Part shown: positions 11,371 to 22,381 of the stretch, piece after piece
Numbering within the stretch: the stretch's first letter is position 1
How the letters are laid out: every line of letters starts with the position of its first letter
Virus record (IMG/VR): IMGVR_UViG_3300037502_003770
Location: 62,001 to 126,000 of that record
Direction: 5' to 3' (one strand)
DNA length: 64,000 nt
The notes under the pieces: generated by a model
What the model was told of the DNA's origin: nothing
Database searches by the model: none
Seen by the model: only the letters and a program-made list of their open reading frames with translations
Translations under genes and position numbers: made by a program

Positions 11371-12162
11371 ATGATTACTTACAAAAAAGAAGAACTTATT
11401 TTATCAGTAAATGACCTTTCTGTAAAGTATGGTGATAAACAAATATTAAAAGATATTTCTTTTGATATTCATAATATTACAAGACCAAATCTTACTCAAG
11501 GACAAATCATATCTATTTGTGGTAGAAGTGGTTGTGGTAAAACATCTTTATTTAAAACTATATCAGGTTTTTTAAAACCAACAACAGGAACTATAAAAAT
11601 AGGTGTTGAACAAAAAGATGTAATTATGGGTGAGGTTGGTGTTATTCAACAAGATTATCCTTTATTTAATCATAGAACTGTTTATGAAAATCTTTCTCTT
11701 AGTTTAAAAAACGTTAAGACAGATAACGAAAAGAAAGAAAAAATACATCATTATTGCGATTTATTTAATCTTTTGGAACATTTAAATAAATACCCTTCAC
11801 AACTATCAGGTGGTCAAAGACAAAGAGTATCTATATTACAACAGGTATTAACTGAAAATAAGTTTATTCTTATGGATGAACCATTTTCAGGATTAGATGT
11901 TTTAATGAAAGATAAAGTTATTGAACTTATGTTAAAGGTTTCAAATCTTGATGAAATGAATACTTTAATAATAGTTTCTCATGATATTGAATCATCTTGC
12001 GCTATTTCTGATACTGTACATATTTTAGCAAATAAAGATAATACAGGCTCTACAGTTGTTAAATCATATGACTTTCTAAAAGAAAATCTTGCTTATAGAA
12101 AAGATATTAAAGATGATTATAATTTCAAAAGAATTATTAATGAAATAAAAAGTTTAATCTAA
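11371..12162 (+). CDS. ABC transporter ATP-binding protein (NitT/TauT-like)
   Basis: Walker A GRSGCGKT, signature LSGGQRQR, Walker B ILMDEPF, H-loop SHD. Confidence 0.95.
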   Translation: MITYKKEELILSVNDLSVKYGDKQILKDISFDIHNITRPNLTQGQIISICGRSGCGKTSLFKTISGFLKPTTGTIKIGVEQKDVIMGEVGVIQQDYPLFNHRTVYENLSLSLKNVKTDNEKKEKIHHYCDLFNLLEHLNKYPSQLSGGQRQRVSILQQVLTENKFILMDEPFSGLDVLMKDKVIELMLKVSNLDEMNTLIIVSHDIESSCAISDTVHILANKDNTGSTVVKSYDFLKENLAYRKDIKDDYNFKRIINEIKSLI

Positions 12163-14254
12163 TGCAGATACTTATTTATTTAGAAAGGCATTCAAAATAT
12201 TTTGAATATTATTATGATAATTCTTTTGAAGAAAGTTTAGTATTTGAAATTAGAACATCTTTTTCGTTTGAATTTGTTAAAAATTTTATAATAGAAATAT
12301 GGGAAAAAAATAATGATTCTTGGTATTATTATAATAAATTAAAATATTACGTATGTTAAATATAGGTATTATTATTTTAAATAATGATTTTCGTTATTAT
12401 GAATATTTTATTGGTATATTTGTTTTTGAAATTGATAATTTTGTTTTTTCTGAAACTTTTGAAATTGGTTATCATATTAGACTAGAAAGTTTAAGAAAAA
12501 ACGGTAAGCGTTATTTTATTGCAAATGTTTTTAATTTAAAATATTACTTATGATAAGAATAAATTTTAATAATGGTCTTTATGAAGAATGGTTACATAAT
12601 TGTAATATATATACTTTTGTTACTTTAGTGTATTATTTTGAATGTGTAAGCTTTTTAAATTCAAGTTTTCAAATTAATGAATTAAAATTTAAAGGGAATT
12701 ATTTTTATTATAAAAATATTAATCTTCTTAATTTAAAATATTACTTATGATTCATATTTTTTCTCTTAATAAAAACATTTTTTATTCAGAAAAATTTATA
12801 TTTAATGCTGATGTATTTCTTGTTCGTTTAAATATTAATAATTATGTTGAAAGTATTATGTTTGATTATAATTTTATTCTATTAGAAATGGAATATTCGA
12901 TGTTTATAGAAATTAATAAACTTCTTAAATTAAAATATTATTTAAGTTATTACTTATGGCTGTAAATATATATTTAACAAATTCTTCTTATAGGGAAAGA
13001 CAACATGAATATTATATTAGTAATATATTTCATAATGAAAATACTATTTTCAGTTCGATATATTCTTTACAATTAGCATCTTTAATAAAAAATAAAATCT
13101 TTTATTATTCAATAGTACAAAAATATAATACTGTTTTAAAATTAAAATATTATTTATGGGAATAAAAATTTGTTTTAACAATACTACATGGAATTTTTAT
13201 ATTGAATTTTTTTCTTATAAAGAGTGTATTTTCACTATTAAAATTTTATCTAATTTAATAACATCTACATTAATTGGAAATAAATTACAAGATGTTGTTT
13301 TAAAAATAAAAAATAATACACTATTAACAACTGATTCCATTAAAAACGTTACCACTAATGTTCTTAATTTAAAATTTTATATATGATAATAAGTATTAAA
13401 ATTTCTAATAATAATTTTTCTTATGACGAAAATATTTCCAGTATTTATGATAATACTATAATAACTAACTTATGGATTTTTAAATGTTTTGAAGATAGAA
13501 TTTTTATTAACACAATAAATCAAATAATAGAAATGATTTACTATATTACAATTAATAATTTCACAGTATACAGTAATAATAAATATTATAAAACTTAAAG
13601 AACTAAAATGAGAATAAATATTAAAATAAAAACATATTTCTTTAAATATGAAGAATTTAATTTAGTAGATGAAAATATGATAACTCATCTAGACCTTTCA
13701 AATATCTTTTATTTTGAAAGAAGTTATTTTTCTTTAAATGTAGATAATTATAAAATATATGCAATTTATAAAAATAGATTTCTTTATTTTGAAAATCGTG
13801 ATGTTAATTTACTTAAATTAAAATATTATCTATGAGATTACAAATTGTTTTTAATTTTGGAGGTTATTATAGTGAACTTGATAAATATGTAATTGTTTAC
13901 ATTTATCCAAAATATTATGATATTTATTTTAATGATGTATTTTATTATATTGATTCAAATATAAAATTAATAGAAGTAAGGCATTTAAACAGCAAAAAAT
14001 ATTCTCGTGAATATAAAGATTTCATTTTAAAATACTATACATAATGAAGATAGAAATTAAATCAACATATTTTACGTATTATGAAAGACTTGGTTATGAT
14101 GTTCAAAATTATTTTTCTTTAAATTTAGATTGGATTTTTTTTAGAAGATATAGATTTATATAAAAATGAATTTATTATGAATTTTGTAGGTTTTGGTCAA
14201 AAATGTTTTTATTCAAAAAATAGTAATTTACTTAAATTAAAATATTATATATAA
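12162..14254 (+). repeat. Tandem array of ten ~65-76 aa YxE-leader/LKYY paralogs (last one frameshifted)
   Basis: ORFs at 12162,12353,12550,12747,12956,13156,13383,13608,13832,14044; period about 200-230 bp. Confidence 0.8.
14044..14254 (+). pseudogene. LKYY-family ORF with +1 frameshift in T8 tract (14135-14142)
   Basis: Removing one T gives MKIEIKSTYFTYYE...NLLKLKYYI*. Confidence 0.7.
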
Positions 14255-14258
14255 AATA

Positions 14259-15581
14259 TTAAATTCTTTCAAAGACAAAAGTTTTCACCTTGCTTTTCTC
14301 TGAACTTAACTGAAAAACTTTATAAGAATGCAAACATTCTTCAATAGAAACTCTATATTTCAATTTAGAGTTTTTTATTTTAAGAGAAATTTCTTTCCAA
14401 TCTGTACATTTAATAAAAGTTTCCTTCCAACGGTCTTTTATTAACAAATTGGGATAAAAATTTCCCTTATTTCTTTTAATTATACATTCAATTCCTCTGC
14501 GTACAATTTCTATTGAGGCATTAATAGCATCAGTATAATCATGTTGCAAATTGCCTATAATAGACGAATACGCAGGATTAATTCTGTATAATTTAATATC
14601 TTCTATGAATAACCTTTTACTTAAATTTTCAAAAAACAGATTCCTTTTCCAAAGGTCATTATTTTTTCTGTTATATGTTTTTCCCTTACCAGCGTCTTTT
14701 TGTTTAAATGATAAATCTTCAATAAAAACTGCTTTACACTTATAATATTTTGCAAGTAATGAAATCTTTTTTGAAATTTCAATTACTTCATGTTTAATTT
14801 TATTCTGAAAGTACTTTGCTTTTTCAGAATCAGTAGATAGTTTTAAAGAAATAAATTTATCAGTTAATTCCTTTAAAGAAAACTCTTGACAATGAATAAT
14901 TTTATCATCTTCCATTATAGATATACCTATATTATTGGGATTCATATCTATTCCTAGATACCTTTCTTTTGAAGGAAATTTCTTTTCTTCATATTTAAAT
15001 TCTTCAAAAGATATATAAATATATTTTAAGTCAAGTTTTACACAAAATTTATATCCTTTCTCACCAAACTTTATATCATTTAATTCTTGAAGTTTAAATA
15101 ATTCTTTTTTAATATTCTTTCTTAAAGAAGGAAGGTATAAAGGTATATGCACATATTTATTTACTTTAAATATAATTTGATTATTATCAATTATATCTAA
15201 ATTAAAATAAGAATTTCCTTTATTATTAGTTATTCCTTGACACGTAATAGGTGAAAGTTTATTTATTTTAAATTCATCTTTACTTATTTTAGCTTTACAC
15301 CTTTCATAAAAATTATTCTTTCCTCCGAAAATAACCTTTTCATTTTGAAATCTTGTATAAACATCTTTTCCTTCTAAAATAGCATACTCTATTAGTTTAG
15401 AATTAAGTTTATTTATATTATTTAAATTAGAAAGTAAAAATTTTATTTTCTTAATATCAGATATCCCTTCAAAATATCTATTATAGGAGTACCTTACTAC
15501 AGAGGAGAATTGTTTCATCAAAGAATGAATTTCTTTTAATGAAGTATCATCTGTAGTGTAAGGCATTTTAATAGTTTTCAA
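14259..15581 (-). CDS. tnpB: TnpB-related RNA-guided nuclease, copy B
   Basis: Close paralog of 7747-9072; D/E/D RuvC residues present. Confidence 0.85.
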   Translation of the reverse strand: MKTIKMPYTTDDTSLKEIHSLMKQFSSVVRYSYNRYFEGISDIKKIKFLLSNLNNINKLNSKLIEYAILEGKDVYTRFQNEKVIFGGKNNFYERCKAKISKDEFKINKLSPITCQGITNNKGNSYFNLDIIDNNQIIFKVNKYVHIPLYLPSLRKNIKKELFKLQELNDIKFGEKGYKFCVKLDLKYIYISFEEFKYEEKKFPSKERYLGIDMNPNNIGISIMEDDKIIHCQEFSLKELTDKFISLKLSTDSEKAKYFQNKIKHEVIEISKKISLLAKYYKCKAVFIEDLSFKQKDAGKGKTYNRKNNDLWKRNLFFENLSKRLFIEDIKLYRINPAYSSIIGNLQHDYTDAINASIEIVRRGIECIIKRNKGNFYPNLLIKDRWKETFIKCTDWKEISLKIKNSKLKYRVSIEECLHSYKVFQLSSEKSKVKTFVFERI

Positions 15582-15627
15582 AAGTCTTTAATGTTTATTA
15601 TAAATAGTAAAAATAAATATAATTTTT

Positions 15628-15657
15628 TTAACAAATCATTTTAAATCAAGTATTATA
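15628..15657 (+). promoter_or_regulatory. Phage-type promoter upstream of the tRNA
   Basis: TTAACA-aatcattttaaatcaa(16)-GTATTATA. Confidence 0.7.
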
Positions 15658-15671
15658 TAAACAAACACAAT

Positions 15672-15745
15672 GGACCTATAGCGCAACTGGTCAGAGCAGC
15701 TGACTCATAATCAGCAGGTTTCAGGTTCAAATCCTGATAGGTCCA
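15672..15745 (+). tRNA. tRNA with CAT anticodon, most likely tRNA-Ile2 (lysidine, reads AUA); CCA not encoded
   Basis: Cloverleaf GGACCTA/TAGGTCC, GCTGA-CTCATAA-TCAGC, TCAGG-TTCAAAT-CCTGA. G1-C72 excludes initiator; C4-G69/C5-G68 as in Ile2. Confidence 0.9.
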
Positions 15746-15763
15746 CTTTAAAATTTTATAAAA

Positions 15764-16369
15764 ATGGTGTTAATATCAAGTAAAGTTATTTCTGTAACAG
15801 AAAGTAATTGGCAAGAACTAAAACCAAAATTAGTTTTAGAATTAAAAAATATTATAACTACTTGGGAAATCAAGAGATTAATACAAGCAGACAGTTTTAA
15901 CAAATTTTTTGATGTTTTATATAGTAATTATGTACCATTAAAATTTGAATATGCAAGTATTATTGAAATTGAAAATATGAAACAATCTAAATATAAAGAA
16001 TCAGAATTTATTATTTGGTTGTTAGAAACTTATTGTTTAAAAATTGAAAATTATAGTTTATCTAAATTAAGTAGTAATAATGAACTTACTGAACAAGTAA
16101 TTAAATTACATAAAGATTTAATAGCAGGTAAATTTGATGAATTTAAATGGAAATCTCTTCGTAATAGTACTGGTTTTTGTAAAAAACCAATAAATATTGT
16201 TGAATATATTTGTTATTGCTCACTTAATACTGATGATTTTTATTTTATTAGTATAAACCATGTTATACGTCTTTTTTTCCATTATTTAGATGAAGACCGT
16301 AGTATTGGTGATAGTATTGCAGACACAATTGCACAAGAAATTACTAACAAACTAATAACCTTTTTATAA
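15764..16369 (+). CDS. Hypothetical protein
   Basis: 201-aa ORF. Confidence 0.55.
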   Translation: MVLISSKVISVTESNWQELKPKLVLELKNIITTWEIKRLIQADSFNKFFDVLYSNYVPLKFEYASIIEIENMKQSKYKESEFIIWLLETYCLKIENYSLSKLSSNNELTEQVIKLHKDLIAGKFDEFKWKSLRNSTGFCKKPINIVEYICYCSLNTDDFYFISINHVIRLFFHYLDEDRSIGDSIADTIAQEITNKLITFL

Positions 16370-16621
16370 AAAAATGAACTCTATTTTAATAAAAGGAATT
16401 TATACTGAGTATGATGATATTTTTTTAATAGAATATCATTTTAAAAAATTTAAAGTTTCATTAAAAAATGATAGTTTTCATCTAACTTTAAAACTAGGTT
16501 CATTCACTAAACTTTATATTGAAGATAGTTTTAAACAAGTACATAGATTTTTTAAATTAACAGAAAAAGAATTACGAGAACTAGTTAAAACAATAACATT
16601 AACATCTTTTAAACAAAAATA

Positions 16622-17761
16622 ATGGAAAATAGAAATCAAAAATGGGTCATTGATGATAATCAAGCTATGTGCTTTAATGGTTCTATCGTTAAGGATAGTT
16701 TACCTAAAGCGGTATATCTTTTAAAATATGAAAAGATGATAGGTATGTTTTTAGAAAAAGTATCTGATAATTTTATATTTAACCATGAATTATATAATAG
16801 TGGTTCTGATAGAATTATTAAAAGATGCGTTAATTCTTGGAATAAATCAGAAACAAACTTAGGTATTCTTTTTAATGGTCTTAAAGGTTCAGGTAAAAGC
16901 GTTACTGCAAAACTTATTTGTAATGAAATTAATTTACCTGTTATATTAATAAATAAAAATATAGGTGATATTTCTGAATATATCAATAATATACAGCAAG
17001 ATATTATTATTTTTATAGATGAATTTGAAAAGATATTTCCTTATCAAATGCACAGTAGAAATAATGAAGATGATAAAGCTAATAAAGATAGTAATATGTT
17101 ACTTTCTTTAATGGATGGTGCATTTACTTCTGAATATAAAAGATTATTTATTGCAACAACTAACACTCTTATAATAAACCCTTTTCTTTTAGAAAGACCT
17201 TCTCGTTTTAGATATACTTTTAATTTTACAAATGTTGATAATACAACATTAAATGAATTAATAGATAAATTATTAGTTAATAAAGAATTTGAAACGGATT
17301 TAATTGAAACAATTAATACATTAGAAAATTATTCAGTTGATACTGTAATTTCTATTATTAAAGAAATGAATTTATATAATGAAAAAGCTAGTGATTTTAT
17401 AGATTTCTTTAATGTTAAAAGAAAAGATAGTGAAACTTATGATATATATGAAATGAATGATGATGGTACTTATGAGTTAGCTATTAATCATACAACATCA
17501 CTTGATTATTTTTCAAAATCAAGAAACGATAATAAAAGAAAAGATATTATTTATGAAACTACTAAATTTGGTGGTTGGCTTTATGAAATTATTCATTACG
17601 AAAATGGTAATATAAAAGCTTATAAATATGAATACGATGAAGATGATAATAATAACAGAATTAAAGATAATGATGGTAAAGATATTATCTTTAAGTTAAA
17701 AGCTGTTAAAAAATCAAATTACACTCGTTATAGTGGTGATAGTAGTACAGTAGCTTTTTAA
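16622..17761 (+). CDS. AAA+ ATPase
   Basis: Walker A GLKGSGKS, Walker B IIFIDEFEK, 'LLSLMDG', sensor TTN, R-finger RPSRF. Confidence 0.9.
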   Translation: MENRNQKWVIDDNQAMCFNGSIVKDSLPKAVYLLKYEKMIGMFLEKVSDNFIFNHELYNSGSDRIIKRCVNSWNKSETNLGILFNGLKGSGKSVTAKLICNEINLPVILINKNIGDISEYINNIQQDIIIFIDEFEKIFPYQMHSRNNEDDKANKDSNMLLSLMDGAFTSEYKRLFIATTNTLIINPFLLERPSRFRYTFNFTNVDNTTLNELIDKLLVNKEFETDLIETINTLENYSVDTVISIIKEMNLYNEKASDFIDFFNVKRKDSETYDIYEMNDDGTYELAINHTTSLDYFSKSRNDNKRKDIIYETTKFGGWLYEIIHYENGNIKAYKYEYDEDDNNNRIKDNDGKDIIFKLKAVKKSNYTRYSGDSSTVAF

Positions 17762-17778
17762 ACAAAACAATTAATAAT

Positions 17779-18048
17779 ATGTTCGCAGAAGCAGGTAAAG
17801 GAAAAACTCACGATTTAGTTGAAAGTATAAATAAACTTTCTAATAAAAAAGATAAGGAATTTTTAAAAGATAATATCCTTAAAAAAGGACTTCCTTTAAA
17901 AGTAAATTATTTTTCTATTAGTTTAGAAACTATTGAAGAACTTAAAGCTTCAAAAATGAAAATTGATTCTAAACAAGAATTAGTAACTGAATGGGATGGA
18001 AAAAAACCAGTTAAAGGATTTTTAACTTATCTTATTATAAGTAAGTAA
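17779..18048 (+). CDS. Hypothetical protein
   Basis: 89-aa ORF followed by hairpin at ~18055-18086. Confidence 0.55.
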   Translation: MFAEAGKGKTHDLVESINKLSNKKDKEFLKDNILKKGLPLKVNYFSISLETIEELKASKMKIDSKQELVTEWDGKKPVKGFLTYLIISK

Positions 18049-18150
18049 AATTATAACCATAAGAATTAATTTTCTTATGGGTTTTTATTTTAACAATATA
18101 TCAAATATAATAGTATTATAATTGTTCTTAAACTTTAACATCTATAAAAA

Positions 18151-19299
18151 ATGGTTCTTTCTGAAATAACAACTTCTTTAATTAAAGAAAATTCTCTAAT
18201 TGAGAATCCTGTTTCTGTTAATAAAATTGATTTATCAAAACATAAATCAAAACAATATGAATTATATGATTCACTATTAAGTTCATTAATTGAAAATGAT
18301 ATAATCAACTTCAATATAATTGAACCAAAAAAAGGTTTATCATATTTTAATTTATTTAAAAAGACCTTAAATAAATTAAGGGAAGAAAATAGATTAAACG
18401 CTTGTATTCCAAATTTAAAGATACAATTTAAATTTCTTTCTTGCAACGTAAATGATTTATATAATCTTTTAATAGAATTTGCTGATACAAATCTTTTGGT
18501 ATCTCATCCAACATTATTAAAAGATTTCACACCTGAATTACTAAAAAAATATATTACATATTGCTTAGATAATTCTATCGTACATTCTATTGTTAGGATA
18601 TTATATGTCTTTGACAATAAATTATCTCTTGATAAAGATTATTATGAAGATGTTATTGTTAAACTTTTGGAAAGTAATTCCTTAATAAACAATTCTTCTC
18701 TTAGAGAAATACATCCTTTCTTATTAAAAAATAAATCTACATATACTAAACTATGTTATTTATTTTTAAATCAAGATAAAAATAATATTAAATATGTAAT
18801 ACCTCAATTAATATCTTCTAAAGAAGATTATCAATCATTAGTGGATAAATCTATTGAAGGAAGTTTTACTAAGTTTAATTTATCTTATGCTGATAAAAGA
18901 TTCCTTTTAAAAGAAATAGATGTTACTTTAAGTAAGAATTATTACTTTAATATAACTGTTCTAATAAATGATAAAAGGTATGTGGATAATTCATTTAATA
19001 ATGATACAGGTTTAATACCTCATTTTGATAATAAAGTAAATAAACTAATGCTTTATCTTCATGATGTAAAAGAAAATAAAGTAATTAGTTCAGTAGATAT
19101 TTTTAATACAGATGAACTCAAATCTGGGTATGACTGGTTTAAATACTTGGATGCTTCAACCTTTGTTAAATTTGATAAAGCTCAAAATGAACTTGACCAA
19201 ATGAAAAATAGAGCTTTAAAAGATAAAGAGAAAACCAAAGGGGGTATTCATGGTATTAAACGTGGTTCTAACGTTACCAAATCTAAAAAACGTAAATAA
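18151..19299 (+). CDS. Hypothetical protein with basic C-terminal tail
   Basis: 382-aa ORF with its own promoter (18090-18120) and terminator (~19315-19349). Confidence 0.6.
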   Translation: MVLSEITTSLIKENSLIENPVSVNKIDLSKHKSKQYELYDSLLSSLIENDIINFNIIEPKKGLSYFNLFKKTLNKLREENRLNACIPNLKIQFKFLSCNVNDLYNLLIEFADTNLLVSHPTLLKDFTPELLKKYITYCLDNSIVHSIVRILYVFDNKLSLDKDYYEDVIVKLLESNSLINNSSLREIHPFLLKNKSTYTKLCYLFLNQDKNNIKYVIPQLISSKEDYQSLVDKSIEGSFTKFNLSYADKRFLLKEIDVTLSKNYYFNITVLINDKRYVDNSFNNDTGLIPHFDNKVNKLMLYLHDVKENKVISSVDIFNTDELKSGYDWFKYLDASTFVKFDKAQNELDQMKNRALKDKEKTKGGIHGIKRGSNVTKSKKRK

Positions 19300-19363
19300 C
19301 TATTAACAACCTTCAAAACCGTTTTAACTTTGATTAGAACGGTTTTTTTAAAATAAAAACTTT

Positions 19364-19993
19364 ATGGTAAACAATTTTAAACAAGTTAAAAACATATTAT
19401 CTTTTGAAGATAAAAATGATTTCTATTTAGTAGAAATTATTAAAAGAAAGAAAGATAATTCTCATGATTCTTCTTTTAAAAAGAATGAAAAACATATAAA
19501 AAGGTTTTATATTAATAATTTAGAAGATTTTGATGAGAAACAAAACTCAATAATAGAAACTTGTATTAGAAATAATGCAAGGGCGTATATCAAACTTAAT
19601 AAACGCAATCATAAACATATAGCAAAAGTTATGAATGTAAAACTCGCTGAAATTTTACTTCATGATAATAACGATGAATATAAAAGACTCGAAACTTTAT
19701 ATTCAAAAGTAACAGGAAAATATTTTGTAAATAATGATAAAAAGTTTATTATAGATTTAGATGAAAAAGACCTTCATTTAAAAGAAGAAATACTTACATA
19801 TTTAAAAACTCATAATGACTTTAAATTTTCTTTACATAAAGAGGATTTAGTAATAGATACATTCCCATCAAATACTGGTCTTCATATTGTTACTAAAAAA
19901 TTTAATTTAAATATATTTAAAAAGAAATATCCAAATATCGATGTACATTCTGATAATATGGTCTTACTTTTCTTTAATAATCAACCTTTATAA
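19364..19993 (+). CDS. Conserved Bacteroidota-phage protein, possible AEP/primase-like fold
   Basis: 'DFYLVEIIKRKKDN','RAYI','IIDLD','SNTGLH' resemble the DxD / GxH motifs of AEP-like proteins. Confidence 0.45.
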   Translation: MVNNFKQVKNILSFEDKNDFYLVEIIKRKKDNSHDSSFKKNEKHIKRFYINNLEDFDEKQNSIIETCIRNNARAYIKLNKRNHKHIAKVMNVKLAEILLHDNNDEYKRLETLYSKVTGKYFVNNDKKFIIDLDEKDLHLKEEILTYLKTHNDFKFSLHKEDLVIDTFPSNTGLHIVTKKFNLNIFKKKYPNIDVHSDNMVLLFFNNQPL

Positions 19994-20068
19994 GAGATAA
20001 TTTTTTAACAAAAAAGAATCTTTCTTGTAATATAAATCAATTCAATGTTCAACTAAACAAAAAAAACA

Positions 20069-20665
20069 ATGAAAAACTTTCTAATTCTTTTAATGCTTGT
20101 ATTTACTTTCAGCATTACAACTTTTGCACAAACTCAAACTACCACAACACCTGATTATGGTTTTGCTAAAGGTCAAATTACTATTGGTGGTAATCTAATG
20201 GGTTACGCTGTTAAAACTAGTAGTCCCTCAATTACTGAATCAGCTTTTGGTGGTGGCTTAAATTTAGGTTATATGTTATCAGCTAAACATAATATTGCTT
20301 TAATGACAGATTATGTGAGTACATCTGATAATTCAAGACAAAATACTTTTGGTTTAAGTTATACTTTTTATCCACTAAATCAAAGAGTCGCACCATATTT
20401 ACAAGTTAACGCAGTAAGATTTAATAGAACAGAAAATAGTGGTCTTGTTAGTTCTATTACTTCAGAAACGGAAACCACAGTTAGAGGTTATTCAGCTTAT
20501 CTAAGTGCTGGAGTTTGTTACAGGGTACATACAGACTTTTGGATTTCAACTCAGTTTAACTTCTTACAATACCAAAGATATGATGATAGTGATTATACTG
20601 TAACTGAATTTGGTACATTACAAGCACCATTTACTTTAGGAGTACAATATTTCTTGAGTAGATAA
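20069..20665 (+). CDS. Outer-membrane beta-barrel protein (8-stranded OmpA/PorT-like)
   Basis: Signal peptide (TFA|Q), alternating beta pattern, terminal LGVQYF. Confidence 0.75.
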   Translation: MKNFLILLMLVFTFSITTFAQTQTTTTPDYGFAKGQITIGGNLMGYAVKTSSPSITESAFGGGLNLGYMLSAKHNIALMTDYVSTSDNSRQNTFGLSYTFYPLNQRVAPYLQVNAVRFNRTENSGLVSSITSETETTVRGYSAYLSAGVCYRVHTDFWISTQFNFLQYQRYDDSDYTVTEFGTLQAPFTLGVQYFLSR

Positions 20666-20742
20666 TACTTAAAAAACAATAACTTACTTAATAAAAAGTC
20701 TATTTTAAAAGAATAGGCTTTTTATTTTTAAATAAATATTTT

Positions 20743-22365
20743 ATGAAAATAGAAAACAGAATAGAAAAAGCTATTTCTTTATACGGAAATAATTCAACTG
20801 AAAATTTAAATGATTTTAATTTTTTTAATTGTAGTAGAGAAGAATTAATTTCATCAAAAAAACACTACGAATATATAAGTGGTCGTGATAATTCAATTCC
20901 AGAAAATGAAGTTGAATTATATATAAAAATATTGGGAAAAGAAAAAATAAAATCTTATATTTTAGAAGATTTAAAAAATATAGATAATTTAAATTATTAT
21001 TTCAGAAGGAATTTAGAAAATTTAGATTTTACTATTTCAGATTTAATAAACAATAGACAGTATTTACCAGAATTGTTAGATTATGATAATTCATATAGAT
21101 TTTATAGTTTATTATCTAATAGTTTAAAAGAAAATAATTTTGATGAGGTTGTTTTATTTTTATTAGAATATATATTTATTAATAATGATTATTGGCAAAC
21201 ATATTATACTTTTTATGATACTTTTTTATCTAAAAATCCAGATTTATTTAAAAGAAATAAAGATATTCTTTTAGAAAATCTAATACAATCAATAAATAGT
21301 CAAAATATTTTAAATATTTTTTCTTTAATTATATGTAATATTGAATTAGATTTATCTACTGTAAAAGAAATTTATAACTTAATAAATTTATACGATTTAA
21401 GTTTACCAAAATTTATTTACGATTCATTTGATAACTCACGTTCTTTAGAATATGATAAAAGAAATAATAACCCATTAAAAAATAACTTAACTTTATTTTA
21501 TGATTATTATCTATCATTAGATAGAGATAAAAATATTATAAAATATTCTGACCATATTTTTTATGACAATCATATTGTAAATCAAATTTTTATCGAAAAA
21601 TTAAAAGAAATTTACACAAAAGAGTATATTATTGAAAATCCTAATTCTTTAAAAAATAATAAGATTCTAAATATGTTAATTAATAATAAAATATTAAATA
21701 CTGATATTTATAATCTTTTATTAGAAAACAATATTGAAAATGTGTTTACTGTTGGATATAGTTATCGTTTTCATGATAATTATAAATTTATAAAAATAAA
21801 AATTTATGAAGTATTAGATATTTATGTCAATAATAAATATTATATAAATTCATTTAAAAGTGAAACTATGTATAGTATTTTAAATAATACATTAAATAAA
21901 TTTTCTAAAATTGAATTAGTTTCTATTTTAGAAAAATATTTTATACCAATATTTGATTATTTTACTGAGATTGAAAAGAAAGAAAGAGAAAATAGGGTTT
22001 ATTCTGATGAGCTTTTATATGATGATAGAGTTGATGTTGAGGAATATAAAAATGATTTTTACAATTCAAAAAATGATTTTATTTTTTTAGTTGAATGTTT
22101 CATAATCAATATATTGAATATTAAACAACAATATGAATTAATAACCAAATATGATTATAAATTAATTGATGTTATAAAAAAACCAAAAACAAGTTTATTT
22201 TTAAAACTTGCTTCCTTTGATAATAATTATTTTATGAGATATTTATTTCTTTTAAAACTTAACAATTATGAGAATATTTCGTATTATAGAAAGGAACAAA
22301 GAAAAACTAAAAGTAAAAGTTTAAAACATTCAGGTGATGCCATGTTGGTAGCAAAATCTTGTTAA
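20743..22365 (+). CDS. Hypothetical low-complexity (N/I/Y/K-rich) protein
   Basis: 540-aa ORF. Confidence 0.55.
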   Translation: MKIENRIEKAISLYGNNSTENLNDFNFFNCSREELISSKKHYEYISGRDNSIPENEVELYIKILGKEKIKSYILEDLKNIDNLNYYFRRNLENLDFTISDLINNRQYLPELLDYDNSYRFYSLLSNSLKENNFDEVVLFLLEYIFINNDYWQTYYTFYDTFLSKNPDLFKRNKDILLENLIQSINSQNILNIFSLIICNIELDLSTVKEIYNLINLYDLSLPKFIYDSFDNSRSLEYDKRNNNPLKNNLTLFYDYYLSLDRDKNIIKYSDHIFYDNHIVNQIFIEKLKEIYTKEYIIENPNSLKNNKILNMLINNKILNTDIYNLLLENNIENVFTVGYSYRFHDNYKFIKIKIYEVLDIYVNNKYYINSFKSETMYSILNNTLNKFSKIELVSILEKYFIPIFDYFTEIEKKERENRVYSDELLYDDRVDVEEYKNDFYNSKNDFIFLVECFIINILNIKQQYELITKYDYKLIDVIKKPKTSLFLKLASFDNNYFMRYLFLLKLNNYENISYYRKEQRKTKSKSLKHSGDAMLVAKSC

Positions 22366-22381
22366 CAATAAAAATCTTTTT

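Noticed and set aside
12162-14254. CRISPR array or integron attC array next to a Cas12f-like nuclease
   Set aside because: The period is ~200 bp and coding, the repeat is degenerate and explained by LKYY codons, and there are no attC boxes, integrase or cas genes; the nucleases fit TnpB
6857-14254. Stop-codon reassignment fragmenting one long gene
   Set aside because: Consecutive ORFs change frame and each has its own leader; long conserved genes read intact in the standard code
15672-15745. Initiator tRNA-fMet
   Set aside because: G1-C72 is paired and the anticodon stem lacks three consecutive G-C pairs
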